NCBI GenBank assembly: GCA_018238155.1
Contig: JABCTZ010000036.1
Location: 288,001-352,000, forward strand
DNA length: 64,000 bases
Reading direction: 5' to 3'
DNA from: Candidatus Heimdallarchaeota archaeon
GTDB lineage: Archaea > Asgardarchaeota > Heimdallarchaeia > JABLTI01
Shown here: positions 1-8,851 of the stretch, in pieces
How the letters are laid out: every line of letters begins with the position of its first letter
Position numbering within the stretch: position 1 is the stretch's first letter
Notes under the pieces: generated by a model
The model's input: only the letters and a program-made list of their open reading frames with translations
Told to the model about the DNA's origin: nothing
Databases searched by the model: none
Translations under genes and position numbers: made by a program

Positions 1-1
1 T

Positions 2-562
2 GTTTGAAATAACTCCAGAATCAAATATAGCATCAATTTCGGATTCATTAAATGATTTTACAATATCTTGAATATTATATGGGGTTGGTTTTCCAGTTTT
101 ATTTGCACTTGTAGAAATCAAAGGTTTACCAAGTAGCTGGACAATTGAATTTGCAAATTGATTACTAGAAATTCTGAGTGCGATGCAATTTGAATTTACT
201 TCATCTGGTATAATTGTTTTTTTCGGTAAAGCTATAACTAAAGGTCCAGGATGAAATCTTTGAATCAACTTTTTCGCAGAAGGACTCACTTCTGCAATTG
301 TATTTATCATATCAAATGAGTCAACAATAATCGAAAGTGGGTGATCTTTCGGTCTATTCTTAATGGTAAAAATTTTTTTTACCGCTTGGACATTAAAAAC
401 ATCACAACCTAGTCCATAAGCTGTTTCTGTTGGATAAACAATCACTCCACCATTATTCAAAATTTCAACTGCATTCTTAACAGCGGCAGTATTTTTTCTC
501 TTAGGATCAATTTGTATTATGATAGTGTATCCCTCAAAATTTAAGTTGTATATTATATCCAT
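2..562 (-). CDS. sua5: L-threonylcarbamoyladenylate synthase Sua5/YrdC/TsaC (runs off the left edge)
   Basis: Manual translation (not in ORF track): MDIIYNLNFEGYTIIIQIDP...GGVIVYPTETAYGLGCD...IFTIKNRP...FHPGPL...IALRI...PLISTSAN. The ATG at 562 overlaps the kae1 stop. Confidence 0.93.
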   Translation of the reverse strand, partial: MDIIYNLNFEGYTIIIQIDPKRKNTAAVKNAVEILNNGGVIVYPTETAYGLGCDVFNVQAVKKIFTIKNRPKDHPLSIIVDSFDMINTIAEVSPSAKKLIQRFHPGPLVIALPKKTIIPDEVNSNCIALRISSNQFANSIVQLLGKPLISTSANKTGKPTPYNIQDIVKSFNESEIDAIFDSGVISN

Positions 563-1593
563 TCAATTTTTACCTTATCACTACGCCAATCCGGTTTGAC
601 TTGTGAATCACTTACTTTTAATTCGCCAGATGATTGATATTTTAATATACCACCCCAAGCAATCATTGTTCCATTGTCACTTGCAAATTGATATGGACAT
701 ACAGAAAGAGTGAGATTCCAATCATCACAAATAGCTTGGAGCATTTCTTGAAATCGTTTATTTCGCGCAAAACCACCAACCACTAATAATTCAGTCATTC
801 GAGTGTGAGCAATGGCTCTTTCAGCAATTTCTGTTAGCATGGATAAAGCAGTTTCTTGTAAACTATACGCAACGTCTGCGACATCAATCTTGTCTTCTTT
901 CACTAAGCGAATAGCAGCAGTTAATAAACCTGAAAAACTAACACTCATTCCTTTCACACTATATGGCAGTTGATGATATATCTTACCTTGTGCTGCTACC
1001 TTATCAAAAAGAGGACCTGGCCACGGTTGTTCTGGGTCATGTATGCCGACTTCTCTCGAGAATTTATCAAAACAGTTGCCAACTGAAATATCTAAAGTTT
1101 CACCAAAGATTGTGTAATAATTATTTGTTAAGGAAGATATTTGAGTTGTTCCACCACTAACCAGTAAAATAATGGGATTTTGTGAACCTGTGAGTACTTT
1201 TCCAATTTCAATATGACTTACAACATGATTCACACCTACTAAAGGTACATCAAGAATTTTTGCTAAAGTTCTAGCTATGACAGCTCCTGTTCGTAAACAA
1301 GGACCCATTCCTGGACCTTGAGAGAATGAAATAAGATCAAGATCCTTAGACAACAACTTTGCTTTGTCAAGGGCTTCATTAATAAGTTTTGAACCTACGT
1401 CACTGTGATGTCTTGCAGCTTCTCTAGGATGTATTCCTTGACCAATTGGTGGCAAATAAGAGGAACGGCAGTCAGCTAAAACATCCCCTGAAGAATTTAT
1501 TATTCCCACTCCAAAAGTATGGGCAGTACTTTCAATGCCTAAACTAATCAAATCAAGATCTTCTTTTTTAGTCATTTTGAGAGAAGGATTCAT
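553..1593 (-). CDS. kae1: tRNA N6-adenosine threonylcarbamoyltransferase Kae1 (KEOPS)
   Basis: GIESTAHTFGVG, GPGMGPCLR, VNHVVSHIE, VSGGTTQ, GETLDISVGNCFDKF, SDNGTMIAW motifs. Confidence 0.96.
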   Translation of the reverse strand: MNPSLKMTKKEDLDLISLGIESTAHTFGVGIINSSGDVLADCRSSYLPPIGQGIHPREAARHHSDVGSKLINEALDKAKLLSKDLDLISFSQGPGMGPCLRTGAVIARTLAKILDVPLVGVNHVVSHIEIGKVLTGSQNPIILLVSGGTTQISSLTNNYYTIFGETLDISVGNCFDKFSREVGIHDPEQPWPGPLFDKVAAQGKIYHQLPYSVKGMSVSFSGLLTAAIRLVKEDKIDVADVAYSLQETALSMLTEIAERAIAHTRMTELLVVGGFARNKRFQEMLQAICDDWNLTLSVCPYQFASDNGTMIAWGGILKYQSSGELKVSDSQVKPDWRSDKVKIEWI

Positions 1594-1715
1594 TTTTTCG
1601 TGCCCACAAACAGTAATTTAGTTATTAATTCAATTATTAATATAGTACACTTTAAAAAGCTAAATAAAATTTGGGAAAATACGAGTAACTAATTCATTAG
1701 AAATAACTGTTGGAA

Positions 1716-2018
1716 TTATTTATTATCAAGTACCAGTGGAAAAACAGTTGCTAGTGCATTGTAAATTGTTTGATTAACATAGCTATCGGCATCTGAAAGT
1801 ATTAACTCAAGTACTTTTTGAAGAACAGTTCCATCATTATCCTTGACCGTATCTTCACTGATAATTGCTGATAATGTTTGATGGGACGTGTGAACATATT
1901 TTCCTTCCTCAACTTTCTGATAACCAGCACTAACTAAAAGTTTGTGGATTTTCTTCAAATCTTTATCCAATTGTGGAGTTCCGATTCTAAGAATCATTGG
2001 TCTTTGTATTTCACCCAT
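1716..2018 (-). CDS. hypothetical protein (100 aa) directly downstream of the Arf-like GTPase
   Basis: ATG 12 nt after the Arf stop, with GGAG just upstream; no family recognised. Confidence 0.7.
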   Translation of the reverse strand: MGEIQRPMILRIGTPQLDKDLKKIHKLLVSAGYQKVEEGKYVHTSHQTLSAIISEDTVKDNDGTVLQKVLELILSDADSYVNQTIYNALATVFPLVLDNK

Positions 2019-2030
2019 TTTATTTTTCTC

Positions 2031-2570
2031 CTATAGTTTATCTAATTCAATAACAATCCATTTTATTGCTTCTTCTACACCTATTCCTTTAGTTGCTACA
2101 GTTGGTTGTATGTGCCAGCTGCGAGCACCCATTTTTTCCAGATTATCTAAATTACAAGCTTTGATAATTTCTTCTAATTGCATACATCCTTCAATATCTT
2201 GTTTATTTGCTATGACCAATAAGGGAACATCTGGAAATTGTGGATCAATCAGAACAGTCCAAAGCTCATTTTTTGCTTCTTCAATTCTTTCACGATCAGA
2301 TGAATCGATAACGAATATAATTGCACTTGCACCTCGCATTAATGTGCCCCATAAATTACGAAAATGCATTTGTCCTCCAAGATCAAAAACACTTAGATTG
2401 ACATTCTGTCTTTGTAAGACTTCTACATTGACACCTATCGTTGGAAGCGTTTCAATACTTTTCTCAAATCTAAGGAAATTTAACATGGTAGTTTTGCCAG
2501 CAGAATCGAGTCCTACAACTGCGATTTTAAATTGCTTTTTTTGTCGGAATAGTTTCTGTAAGAAGCTCAA
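2031..2570 (-). CDS. Arf-family small GTPase
   Basis: N-terminal amphipathic MSFLQKLF; G1 GLDSAGKTT, G2 PTIG, G3 DLGGQ..FRNLW, G4 ANKQD, Arf-type W.IQPTVATKG.GV. Confidence 0.95.
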   Translation of the reverse strand: MSFLQKLFRQKKQFKIAVVGLDSAGKTTMLNFLRFEKSIETLPTIGVNVEVLQRQNVNLSVFDLGGQMHFRNLWGTLMRGASAIIFVIDSSDRERIEEAKNELWTVLIDPQFPDVPLLVIANKQDIEGCMQLEEIIKACNLDNLEKMGARSWHIQPTVATKGIGVEEAIKWIVIELDKL

Positions 2571-2743
2571 TGAAATCTTCCTCTATATTATGTCAATAAT
2601 ATTTTTTACTAATGATTACTTTTATTATGTTATAACAATTCTACTTTGTCATTCACTATTTCCAAATATAATTAATAAATCCATCTAAACCGCCATTCTT
2701 GAACGAATTTCTAAGAAAGGTGAAATATATTACCTCTAGCAAT

Positions 2744-3493
2744 TCAAATAAGATTTACTGTAATTTCTATTGTATCTAGTCTTTCATCGAACTTTACGAT
2801 ACCTTTGTTATCTAGATTTCTAAGTGCCTTCAAAATAATAACTGGAGGTGTTTTTGAAACTGATTTCTTCAGTTCATCTAAACCCATTGCTTGTTTGCGA
2901 TATGCAAGCGTTGAAAGTATATCTACTTCAGGTATATCGATACGAACTTCCTTTAAGAGGAAATCCAATATGGGACTTACTTGAACATTTTGTTCTTCTT
3001 CTTTTTTAATTTCATCTAATTGTTGTTGAATTTGTACAATTTGATTATTCATACGGTTTTGAGTAACCTCTTTTTCTGAGGTTTTAGCTTTAATGTTCTC
3101 TTTCAATAAAATAATTTGATTTTCTGTTGAGGAGAGTTCTGTTTTTAACTTGTTGAGATTCTTTTCTATTTGTTCCATTTCTAAGGTCAATTTATTACTC
3201 TTTTCTTGTTCTTCTGAAATATTTAATTTAGCACGTTCAGTTTGTTCATTTAATGTGTTAATATCACTTAGTAAACTCTTCTTTTCATTTTGAAGTTGTA
3301 TTTCATCTCGTTTATGATCATTGAGATTCTTTTCTAAATTTTGAGCATTTTGTTCTGCTTTTTCTAGATGAGAGAGTGCTTCTTTGATTTCTAGAAGAGT
3401 TGCTTCAATTTTTTGATGAATGTTTTGGTCCAATTTTTCTAAGCGTTCCTTTTCGGTTAAAATGCTTCTCTTTAAACTAACTAAGTCTGTCAT
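2744..3493 (-). CDS. long coiled-coil protein with C-terminal winged helix-turn-helix
   Basis: About 165 aa of heptad-rich E/K/Q/N helix, then EVDILSTLAY...LDELKKSV...IILKALRNLDNKGIVKFD (wHTH pattern). Confidence 0.75.
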   Translation of the reverse strand: MTDLVSLKRSILTEKERLEKLDQNIHQKIEATLLEIKEALSHLEKAEQNAQNLEKNLNDHKRDEIQLQNEKKSLLSDINTLNEQTERAKLNISEEQEKSNKLTLEMEQIEKNLNKLKTELSSTENQIILLKENIKAKTSEKEVTQNRMNNQIVQIQQQLDEIKKEEEQNVQVSPILDFLLKEVRIDIPEVDILSTLAYRKQAMGLDELKKSVSKTPPVIILKALRNLDNKGIVKFDERLDTIEITVNLI

Positions 3494-3505
3494 TCAGTAT
3501 ACCTC

Positions 3506-4270
3506 CTAAAATTTTAAACTCCTATCAATGGTAATCGCACCTGATGATGAATCATATGTAATAAGTTTCCTTTTCATCAAACCTTCTAGTGTTTTTATTA
3601 TTAATTCATCTGAAATCCCGGTAACTTTTGAAATGGTACTTAAATCAGTATTTTTTCGACCTTCAAGTGAATTAATAATTTTTAATTCATTAAACTCAAC
3701 ATGATTTTTCTTTATGAGATATTCAAGAGCCATTCTTTCCCCTTTTATTCTTCTAAGGGTATCTTTTTTCGCTTCAATTTTCTTTTCAAACTCAAGGATC
3801 TTTTTTTCACTTGAGCTAACAATTTCTACAATATTATTAGATATTTTTTTGTTCTCTTCTGAAAAGTTTGAATATTCATCTTTAGCTCCTGCTTGCTTGT
3901 TTTTCGTTTCATTTAATTCTGAATTTATTTCTCTAAGTCGTGTTTCTAATTTAGCTCTATTGTCAACAAGTTCTGATAAATTTGATTGTGCTCCGGATAA
4001 TAGTGTTTCATTTGAACTCTTCTCATCTTTTAGTGTTGTAACCTCTCGAGTAAGAGCATCATTAGTTGATAAATAGTTAGAAATTTCATCTTTACGTTTC
4101 TTTTCAAAATTAATCAGATCCTCTATTGGATTTTTTAAATCTTCTAATCCTTTCTTAGTAACTTTAATTTTTTCTTCAAAATTACTGTTTAATTCTTGAA
4201 TTGTGAGCTCTGATTTTTTAATTGACGATTGTACTTCTGATATATCTGTCATAAATTGATTACACTCCAC
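3506..4270 (-). CDS. long coiled-coil protein with C-terminal winged helix-turn-helix (paralog of 2744..3493)
   Basis: Coiled coil, then ELKIINSL...LSTISKVTGISDELIIKTLEGLMKRKLITYD. The probable start is the ATG of MTDISEV. Confidence 0.75.
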   Translation of the reverse strand: MECNQFMTDISEVQSSIKKSELTIQELNSNFEEKIKVTKKGLEDLKNPIEDLINFEKKRKDEISNYLSTNDALTREVTTLKDEKSSNETLLSGAQSNLSELVDNRAKLETRLREINSELNETKNKQAGAKDEYSNFSEENKKISNNIVEIVSSSEKKILEFEKKIEAKKDTLRRIKGERMALEYLIKKNHVEFNELKIINSLEGRKNTDLSTISKVTGISDELIIKTLEGLMKRKLITYDSSSGAITIDRSLKF

Positions 4271-4436
4271 TTCTTTTATATACTTTTTTTCTGAAAAAGA
4301 TTTCGTTTCAATTAATACTTAGTTAATGATATTAATTAATTAGAACTATTCACTAATAAATTAATTTGGTGAAAGATTGAAGAAAAAAGTGAAAATTGAT
4401 TGAAATTTGTTATTTCAATCTTTTAGAGAGCTGCTT

Positions 4437-5822
4437 TTAATCCATATATACATGAGATGCAACTCGTTCTATTACTTCAAGCATTGCAGGTGTATGTTTT
4501 GCTCTAATTGCGTTAACAAAATCATCAGATGGCAAATTTAGTTTCTTAATTTTAGCCCAATCTTGAGAAATCTTCTCTATGAGCGAAACACGGTTAATCA
4601 ATAATGATACACATTCATTATGTTTCTGTTTGGTCATTGTTTGAATGATGTCATTTAAATAAATTGATGTCAGACCTTGGGAAACTTTCTTTTTATCCAT
4701 ATCTAGAATAACTTCATTTGAATAATAAGATAATAAATCTCGATTAACTCTGATAATATCTGCATCTCTAGGATGAATAAAATCTGCAGTATAATTTACT
4801 ATTCTAAGTTCTCTCTCAGGGGCAAAACATTGGATGGTATCAAGAATCATATTTAGTAAAACTTGATTTTTATCTGATTCTGGATCCAATACGATTAGTA
4901 GTAATTTTCTGCTAACTATTGCATCAAAAACTTGATCCATGCCTTTTTTAATTTGTTTAAGTAAGAATGGCATGTTTCCTTTGTCAGTATTTCTTTTTGT
5001 AACTTCTACCCCAAGAGTTCTTTGTGTATCTGGGGTTGAAGTTTGTGGTTGTTGTGTTGTAGTTGATGTTTGAATAGTAGTTTCTACAGGAGAGCTAACA
5101 GGTGCAGGTGCTGGAGTTGGTGTTGCACTTAAAGTAGCTGCTGCTGCAGGGGGAGGAGAATCTGAAAAAGATTTAACTGAATAATAAACTTTATTCCCCA
5201 TTTTTGTGGTGTAAAGAAAACCAGCATTCAATATTTCTTGGATTGTTGCTACAGCTTGTTGAGCTGAACTTTCAGTCATAGCTATGACTTCTTGAAAAGA
5301 TGCAATTTTAGCATCTAAAATTGAACGAGCTGTTTTTTGTAATCTTTGAGGAAGTTCCATAACACTAAGAGTATCTAATTCTCTTCTACTCCCAGACTTG
5401 GTCATTATTCTATTCTCAAAAGCACTTCGTAATTGGTCTAATTTAGCTACAAATCCCTGGAAAACTGAAACATCATCACCTTGCCAGTTCTCAACATAAT
5501 CTTGAGGGAAGATTGCATAGAAAAGTGTTTCAAGTTCAGGAAGTAAAATATCAAGTATTCCTTCTTCATTTGGATCAGAACTAACAACAAAAAATGCCGG
5601 ACCTACTTGCTTGTAAGTTAGTTTTAAATCACCAATCAATTCTTCATTTTGTTGTCCAATACTAACTTTGTTTAAAATGGAATCAATGATTGGTTGAAAA
5701 TCTCCCAAAGAATTTCCTTTTAATTGTGCTTGACCTGGTTCATAATTTCTGTAAACTAACGGAAAATTATTCTTTAAAATTAATACTCGTTTTATCAAAA
5801 CTTTCTTCTCCGAATAAAGCAA
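4437..5822 (-). CDS. longin-like + wHTH + P/T linker + DENN/folliculin-C-like multidomain protein
   Basis: N-terminal beta-beta-alpha-beta-beta-beta-alpha-alpha pattern ending WQGDDVSVFQGF; central wHTH (EILNAGFLYTTKMGNKVYY); low-complexity linker; C-terminal MDQVFDAIVSRKLLLIVL...ILDTIQCFAP resembling a DENN core. Confidence 0.6.
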   Translation of the reverse strand: MLYSEKKVLIKRVLILKNNFPLVYRNYEPGQAQLKGNSLGDFQPIIDSILNKVSIGQQNEELIGDLKLTYKQVGPAFFVVSSDPNEEGILDILLPELETLFYAIFPQDYVENWQGDDVSVFQGFVAKLDQLRSAFENRIMTKSGSRRELDTLSVMELPQRLQKTARSILDAKIASFQEVIAMTESSAQQAVATIQEILNAGFLYTTKMGNKVYYSVKSFSDSPPPAAAATLSATPTPAPAPVSSPVETTIQTSTTTQQPQTSTPDTQRTLGVEVTKRNTDKGNMPFLLKQIKKGMDQVFDAIVSRKLLLIVLDPESDKNQVLLNMILDTIQCFAPERELRIVNYTADFIHPRDADIIRVNRDLLSYYSNEVILDMDKKKVSQGLTSIYLNDIIQTMTKQKHNECVSLLINRVSLIEKISQDWAKIKKLNLPSDDFVNAIRAKHTPAMLEVIERVASHVYMD

Positions 5823-6042
5823 TTATTTCATTTTAGTTCTGCTTTTACTAATAATAAATCCTTCTTTTAAGGATTTAGGCTTTCCTATTATGAATTTATT
5901 TATTTCTTAATTAAAAGAAAAGCTTTTATCGACCTATACAATGGAACATATCGACTCTCAAACTTTCAAGAGTTTTTAATGGAAAATATCAATTTTGGAA
6001 TAAAATGAAAAAATAATTTGGTCAAGTGCAGAGGAAAACTCA

Positions 6043-6897
6043 ATGGCATTTAGTCGTAGTGTAAATGAAGAAAAAGCCTATATTTCGTTCAATTTAGATC
6101 CACGAACTAAACTCTTAATCTTAATGGTGGTATCTTTACTATCTGTTGTAATAAGTGATTTTTTCTTCTTGTTAATGCTTTTTGATTTAGTATTACTTTT
6201 TGCTATTTTATCTAAAGCAAATATAATAAAAATTTGGAAATATGTTAAGCCAACAATTTGGTTAATCATACCGGTTTTTCTTATTCAAACAATTTTTTCC
6301 TATGAAAAATATGGTCCACTAGTAATACTCCCTGAAACTTGGAATCTTATAGGTGGTTTCGTATTAATTAGTGTTGGCTCTCTTTTTTATGCCGGAAGTA
6401 TTTGTTTGAGAATACTCATTCTAGCAGTATCTTCAAGTCTGTTCAGTTTAACTACAGATTCAAATGATTTCTTACATGCTCTTAGAAAGATAGGTTTTCC
6501 ATATGAAATTGCTGTTGTTACTGGCTTAATTATTTATTTTCTACCCATGGTTATTTCTGAAACTACTTCTGTAAGAAATGCGCTAGAAACGAGAGGAGTG
6601 AGTATAAGAAAAGGTCGTTTTCTATCAAGATTAATGACATTTAGAATATTAATCACAGCAATTCTAATGAACTTTATTGAGAAATCAAAATTTCAAGCAA
6701 TGGCAATGGATTCTCGAGGATTTAATTCAAAGATAAGAAGAACAACTATTTGTGATTTGAAGCTCAAAGTAAATGATTATGTGATCATGATTGTAGTAGT
6801 AGCCATATTTGCAGGTATATTCTATTATTTTTGGGAGGAAATAAATTTCTTAGAGAATATATTTGACTATTTTGGAAATATCTTTAACCCAAACTAA
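6043..6897 (+). CDS. ecfT: ECF transporter transmembrane component T
   Basis: LDPRTKL start, multiple TMs, two X-R-G motifs (ETRG, DSRGF). Confidence 0.9.
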   Translation: MAFSRSVNEEKAYISFNLDPRTKLLILMVVSLLSVVISDFFFLLMLFDLVLLFAILSKANIIKIWKYVKPTIWLIIPVFLIQTIFSYEKYGPLVILPETWNLIGGFVLISVGSLFYAGSICLRILILAVSSSLFSLTTDSNDFLHALRKIGFPYEIAVVTGLIIYFLPMVISETTSVRNALETRGVSIRKGRFLSRLMTFRILITAILMNFIEKSKFQAMAMDSRGFNSKIRRTTICDLKLKVNDYVIMIVVVAIFAGIFYYFWEEINFLENIFDYFGNIFNPN

Positions 6898-6911
6898 AAG
6901 GTGAACAAAAA

Positions 6912-7697
6912 ATGTTAACAAAATTTATTGGAATAAGTGGTGCAAAGAAATCTGGAAAAACAACCACTATCGAAAAACTCGTACCAAAACTAAATGATTT
7001 AGGCTATAAAATTGGAACAGTAAAAATCGCTTTCAAAGATGTAACTATTGATGTAAATAACGAGCATTTTGATGTTATACGACATCGCAAAGCTAAACCT
7101 GCAAAAACATTATTCAAATCATCAATCGATACAACAGTCTTCATAAATAACGATTTAACTCTGAGAGAATCCCTGAGAGGTTTTGGAAAAGATCTTGATA
7201 TTGTTCTTTTAGAAGGGTTCAAAGAAAACCTTGTTGGATTTCCTCAGATTGTTTTGCTAAATGAGAAAGGGCAAGAATCAAAAGTTGTTGATGAATATAC
7301 AGTAGCAATATCTTCTATCCCTGAATTCAGCTTGAAAAGTTCTGATATGAGATTTGTTTCATTTGATAACCTAACGGAAATTGTTGTAGAGAAGTCTATG
7401 CCTTTATTTCCAGAACTTGATTGTAAACACTGTGGGTATGATGACTGCAACTCTTTAATTAAGGACATTATCCTCGGGAAGAAAAAAGTATTAGATTGTT
7501 ATGTCTTAGAAACAGAAATATCCGATCTTCTTTTACAGGTAAATAATAAAATCATCCCTTGTAATCCATTTGTTCGCACAATTCTAAAAAAAGTCATCAT
7601 TGCTGTTTTACAATCAATAAAAATAGAGGAAGATGATTTTTCTGAAATAGACATCAAAATCTTGTTAGATAAGAAAGAAAGGGAGGATATGAAATAG
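6912..7697 (+). CDS. mobB: molybdopterin-guanine dinucleotide biosynthesis protein B with Fe-S domain
   Basis: GAKKSGKTT P-loop, DIVLLEGFK, PELDCKHCGYDDC...C cluster, C-terminal NPFV. Confidence 0.88.
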   Translation: MLTKFIGISGAKKSGKTTTIEKLVPKLNDLGYKIGTVKIAFKDVTIDVNNEHFDVIRHRKAKPAKTLFKSSIDTTVFINNDLTLRESLRGFGKDLDIVLLEGFKENLVGFPQIVLLNEKGQESKVVDEYTVAISSIPEFSLKSSDMRFVSFDNLTEIVVEKSMPLFPELDCKHCGYDDCNSLIKDIILGKKKVLDCYVLETEISDLLLQVNNKIIPCNPFVRTILKKVIIAVLQSIKIEEDDFSEIDIKILLDKKEREDMK

Positions 7698-8225
7698 ATG
7701 AAGAAAGGATCTATTATTCTCTTGGTTATAATATTTAATGTTGTATTGGGAGCTTCATTAGTAGCTGTCTATTTTACTACCTTCAATCATAATGAACCTA
7801 ATGAAGAAGCGTGGATTTTAACCATAAAAGGTGATGTAGTTCAAGAACTCAATCTAACAATTAAAGATTTGGAGGTTATGCCGAATATTACTCGAGATTA
7901 CATTGTGCAAGGAACACCAACAACTAATGATACGTATACTGGTGTATCGTTATATTATCTTGTTACAGAAGTTGCCAATATAACTTTAGCAGCAACAATT
8001 AAAGTAATTTCTATTGATTTATTTTCGAATTCACTTTCATTAGACGAAATAAATGCTACACGTGATATAATAATTGCCCACAAAATAAACGGTGATAATA
8101 TTACAAGTCATTCAGATGGTGGGGTCGGACCTTTACGTTTGATTATCCCACAAAAATTTGAAGGAGAATATAACGGTCAATATTGTGTTAAATTTGTTGT
8201 AGAAATAAAAATAACTTTGTTGTAA
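7698..8225 (+). CDS. membrane-anchored molybdopterin-binding (sulfite-oxidase-fold) domain protein lacking the Mo-ligand Cys
   Basis: N-terminal TM; W.LTIKG.V, YTGVSL, IIIAHKING, GPLRLIIP, VKFVVEI motifs of the Oxidored_molyb domain. Confidence 0.8.
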   Translation: MKKGSIILLVIIFNVVLGASLVAVYFTTFNHNEPNEEAWILTIKGDVVQELNLTIKDLEVMPNITRDYIVQGTPTTNDTYTGVSLYYLVTEVANITLAATIKVISIDLFSNSLSLDEINATRDIIIAHKINGDNITSHSDGGVGPLRLIIPQKFEGEYNGQYCVKFVVEIKITLL

Positions 8226-8230
8226 AATTA

Positions 8231-8851
8231 TTGGAGATACCAATATTGAAACGATTCAATACCTTTGATTTAATAATGATTGCTCTGATGGCTGCATTAG
8301 GTCTAGGTACAAAACAACTGGTTCGTCCATTGGTTTCTCTAATAACTATTCCCTTGTTAATTCCCGGAGGAGCTTTAGCAGGTGGATTCTATATGCTATG
8401 GTTAGTACTAACTAAAAGATTTGTACCGAAATTTGGTTCTGGAATATTTTTTGGCTTAGTTCAAGCATTAGTTGTTATGATTATGCCTTTTGGGTCACAT
8501 GGCATTTTCACATTCATTACCTATTCAATGCCTGGTTTAGCTGTAGATCTTATTGAAATAATCTTTAGAAAAATGAAATCAAAATGGCTGACATCTATGC
8601 TTGAAGGTGCTCTATCTAATTTAGTGGGAACAATTGCAGTTTCAAGTATAATATTTGAATTATCTGTTGAAGTTTTACTCTTCGTAGGTTTATTAGCACT
8701 CTTTTCTGGTAATATTGGCGGAATAACTGCTTATTTAATTATTTCTCAAATTAAAGATCCATTAATTCAAGAATCAATTATAGAGAACCCATCTTTACAA
8801 ATGGAAAAAGAGGATCTACCTCATAGTGAAGTAGTTACCGAAATGAGTTGA
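8231..8851 (+). CDS. ECF transporter substrate-specific S component
   Basis: About 6 TM; N-terminal FNTFDLIMIALMAA (AxxxA); PKFGSG; G.AVDL; GNIGG. Confidence 0.75.
   Translation: MEIPILKRFNTFDLIMIALMAALGLGTKQLVRPLVSLITIPLLIPGGALAGGFYMLWLVLTKRFVPKFGSGIFFGLVQALVVMIMPFGSHGIFTFITYSMPGLAVDLIEIIFRKMKSKWLTSMLEGALSNLVGTIAVSSIIFELSVEVLLFVGLLALFSGNIGGITAYLIISQIKDPLIQESIIENPSLQMEKEDLPHSEVVTEMS

Noticed and set aside
1942-2688. 248-aa plus-strand ORF, and similar antisense ORFs (3714, 9210-9995, 16919, 28824, 39360, 43239-44078, 59345)
   Set aside because: Shadow frames of well-supported genes on the opposite strand; no motifs
2744-4270. SMC/Rad50 assignment for the coiled-coil proteins
   Set aside because: No Walker A/B, signature motif, hinge or zinc hook
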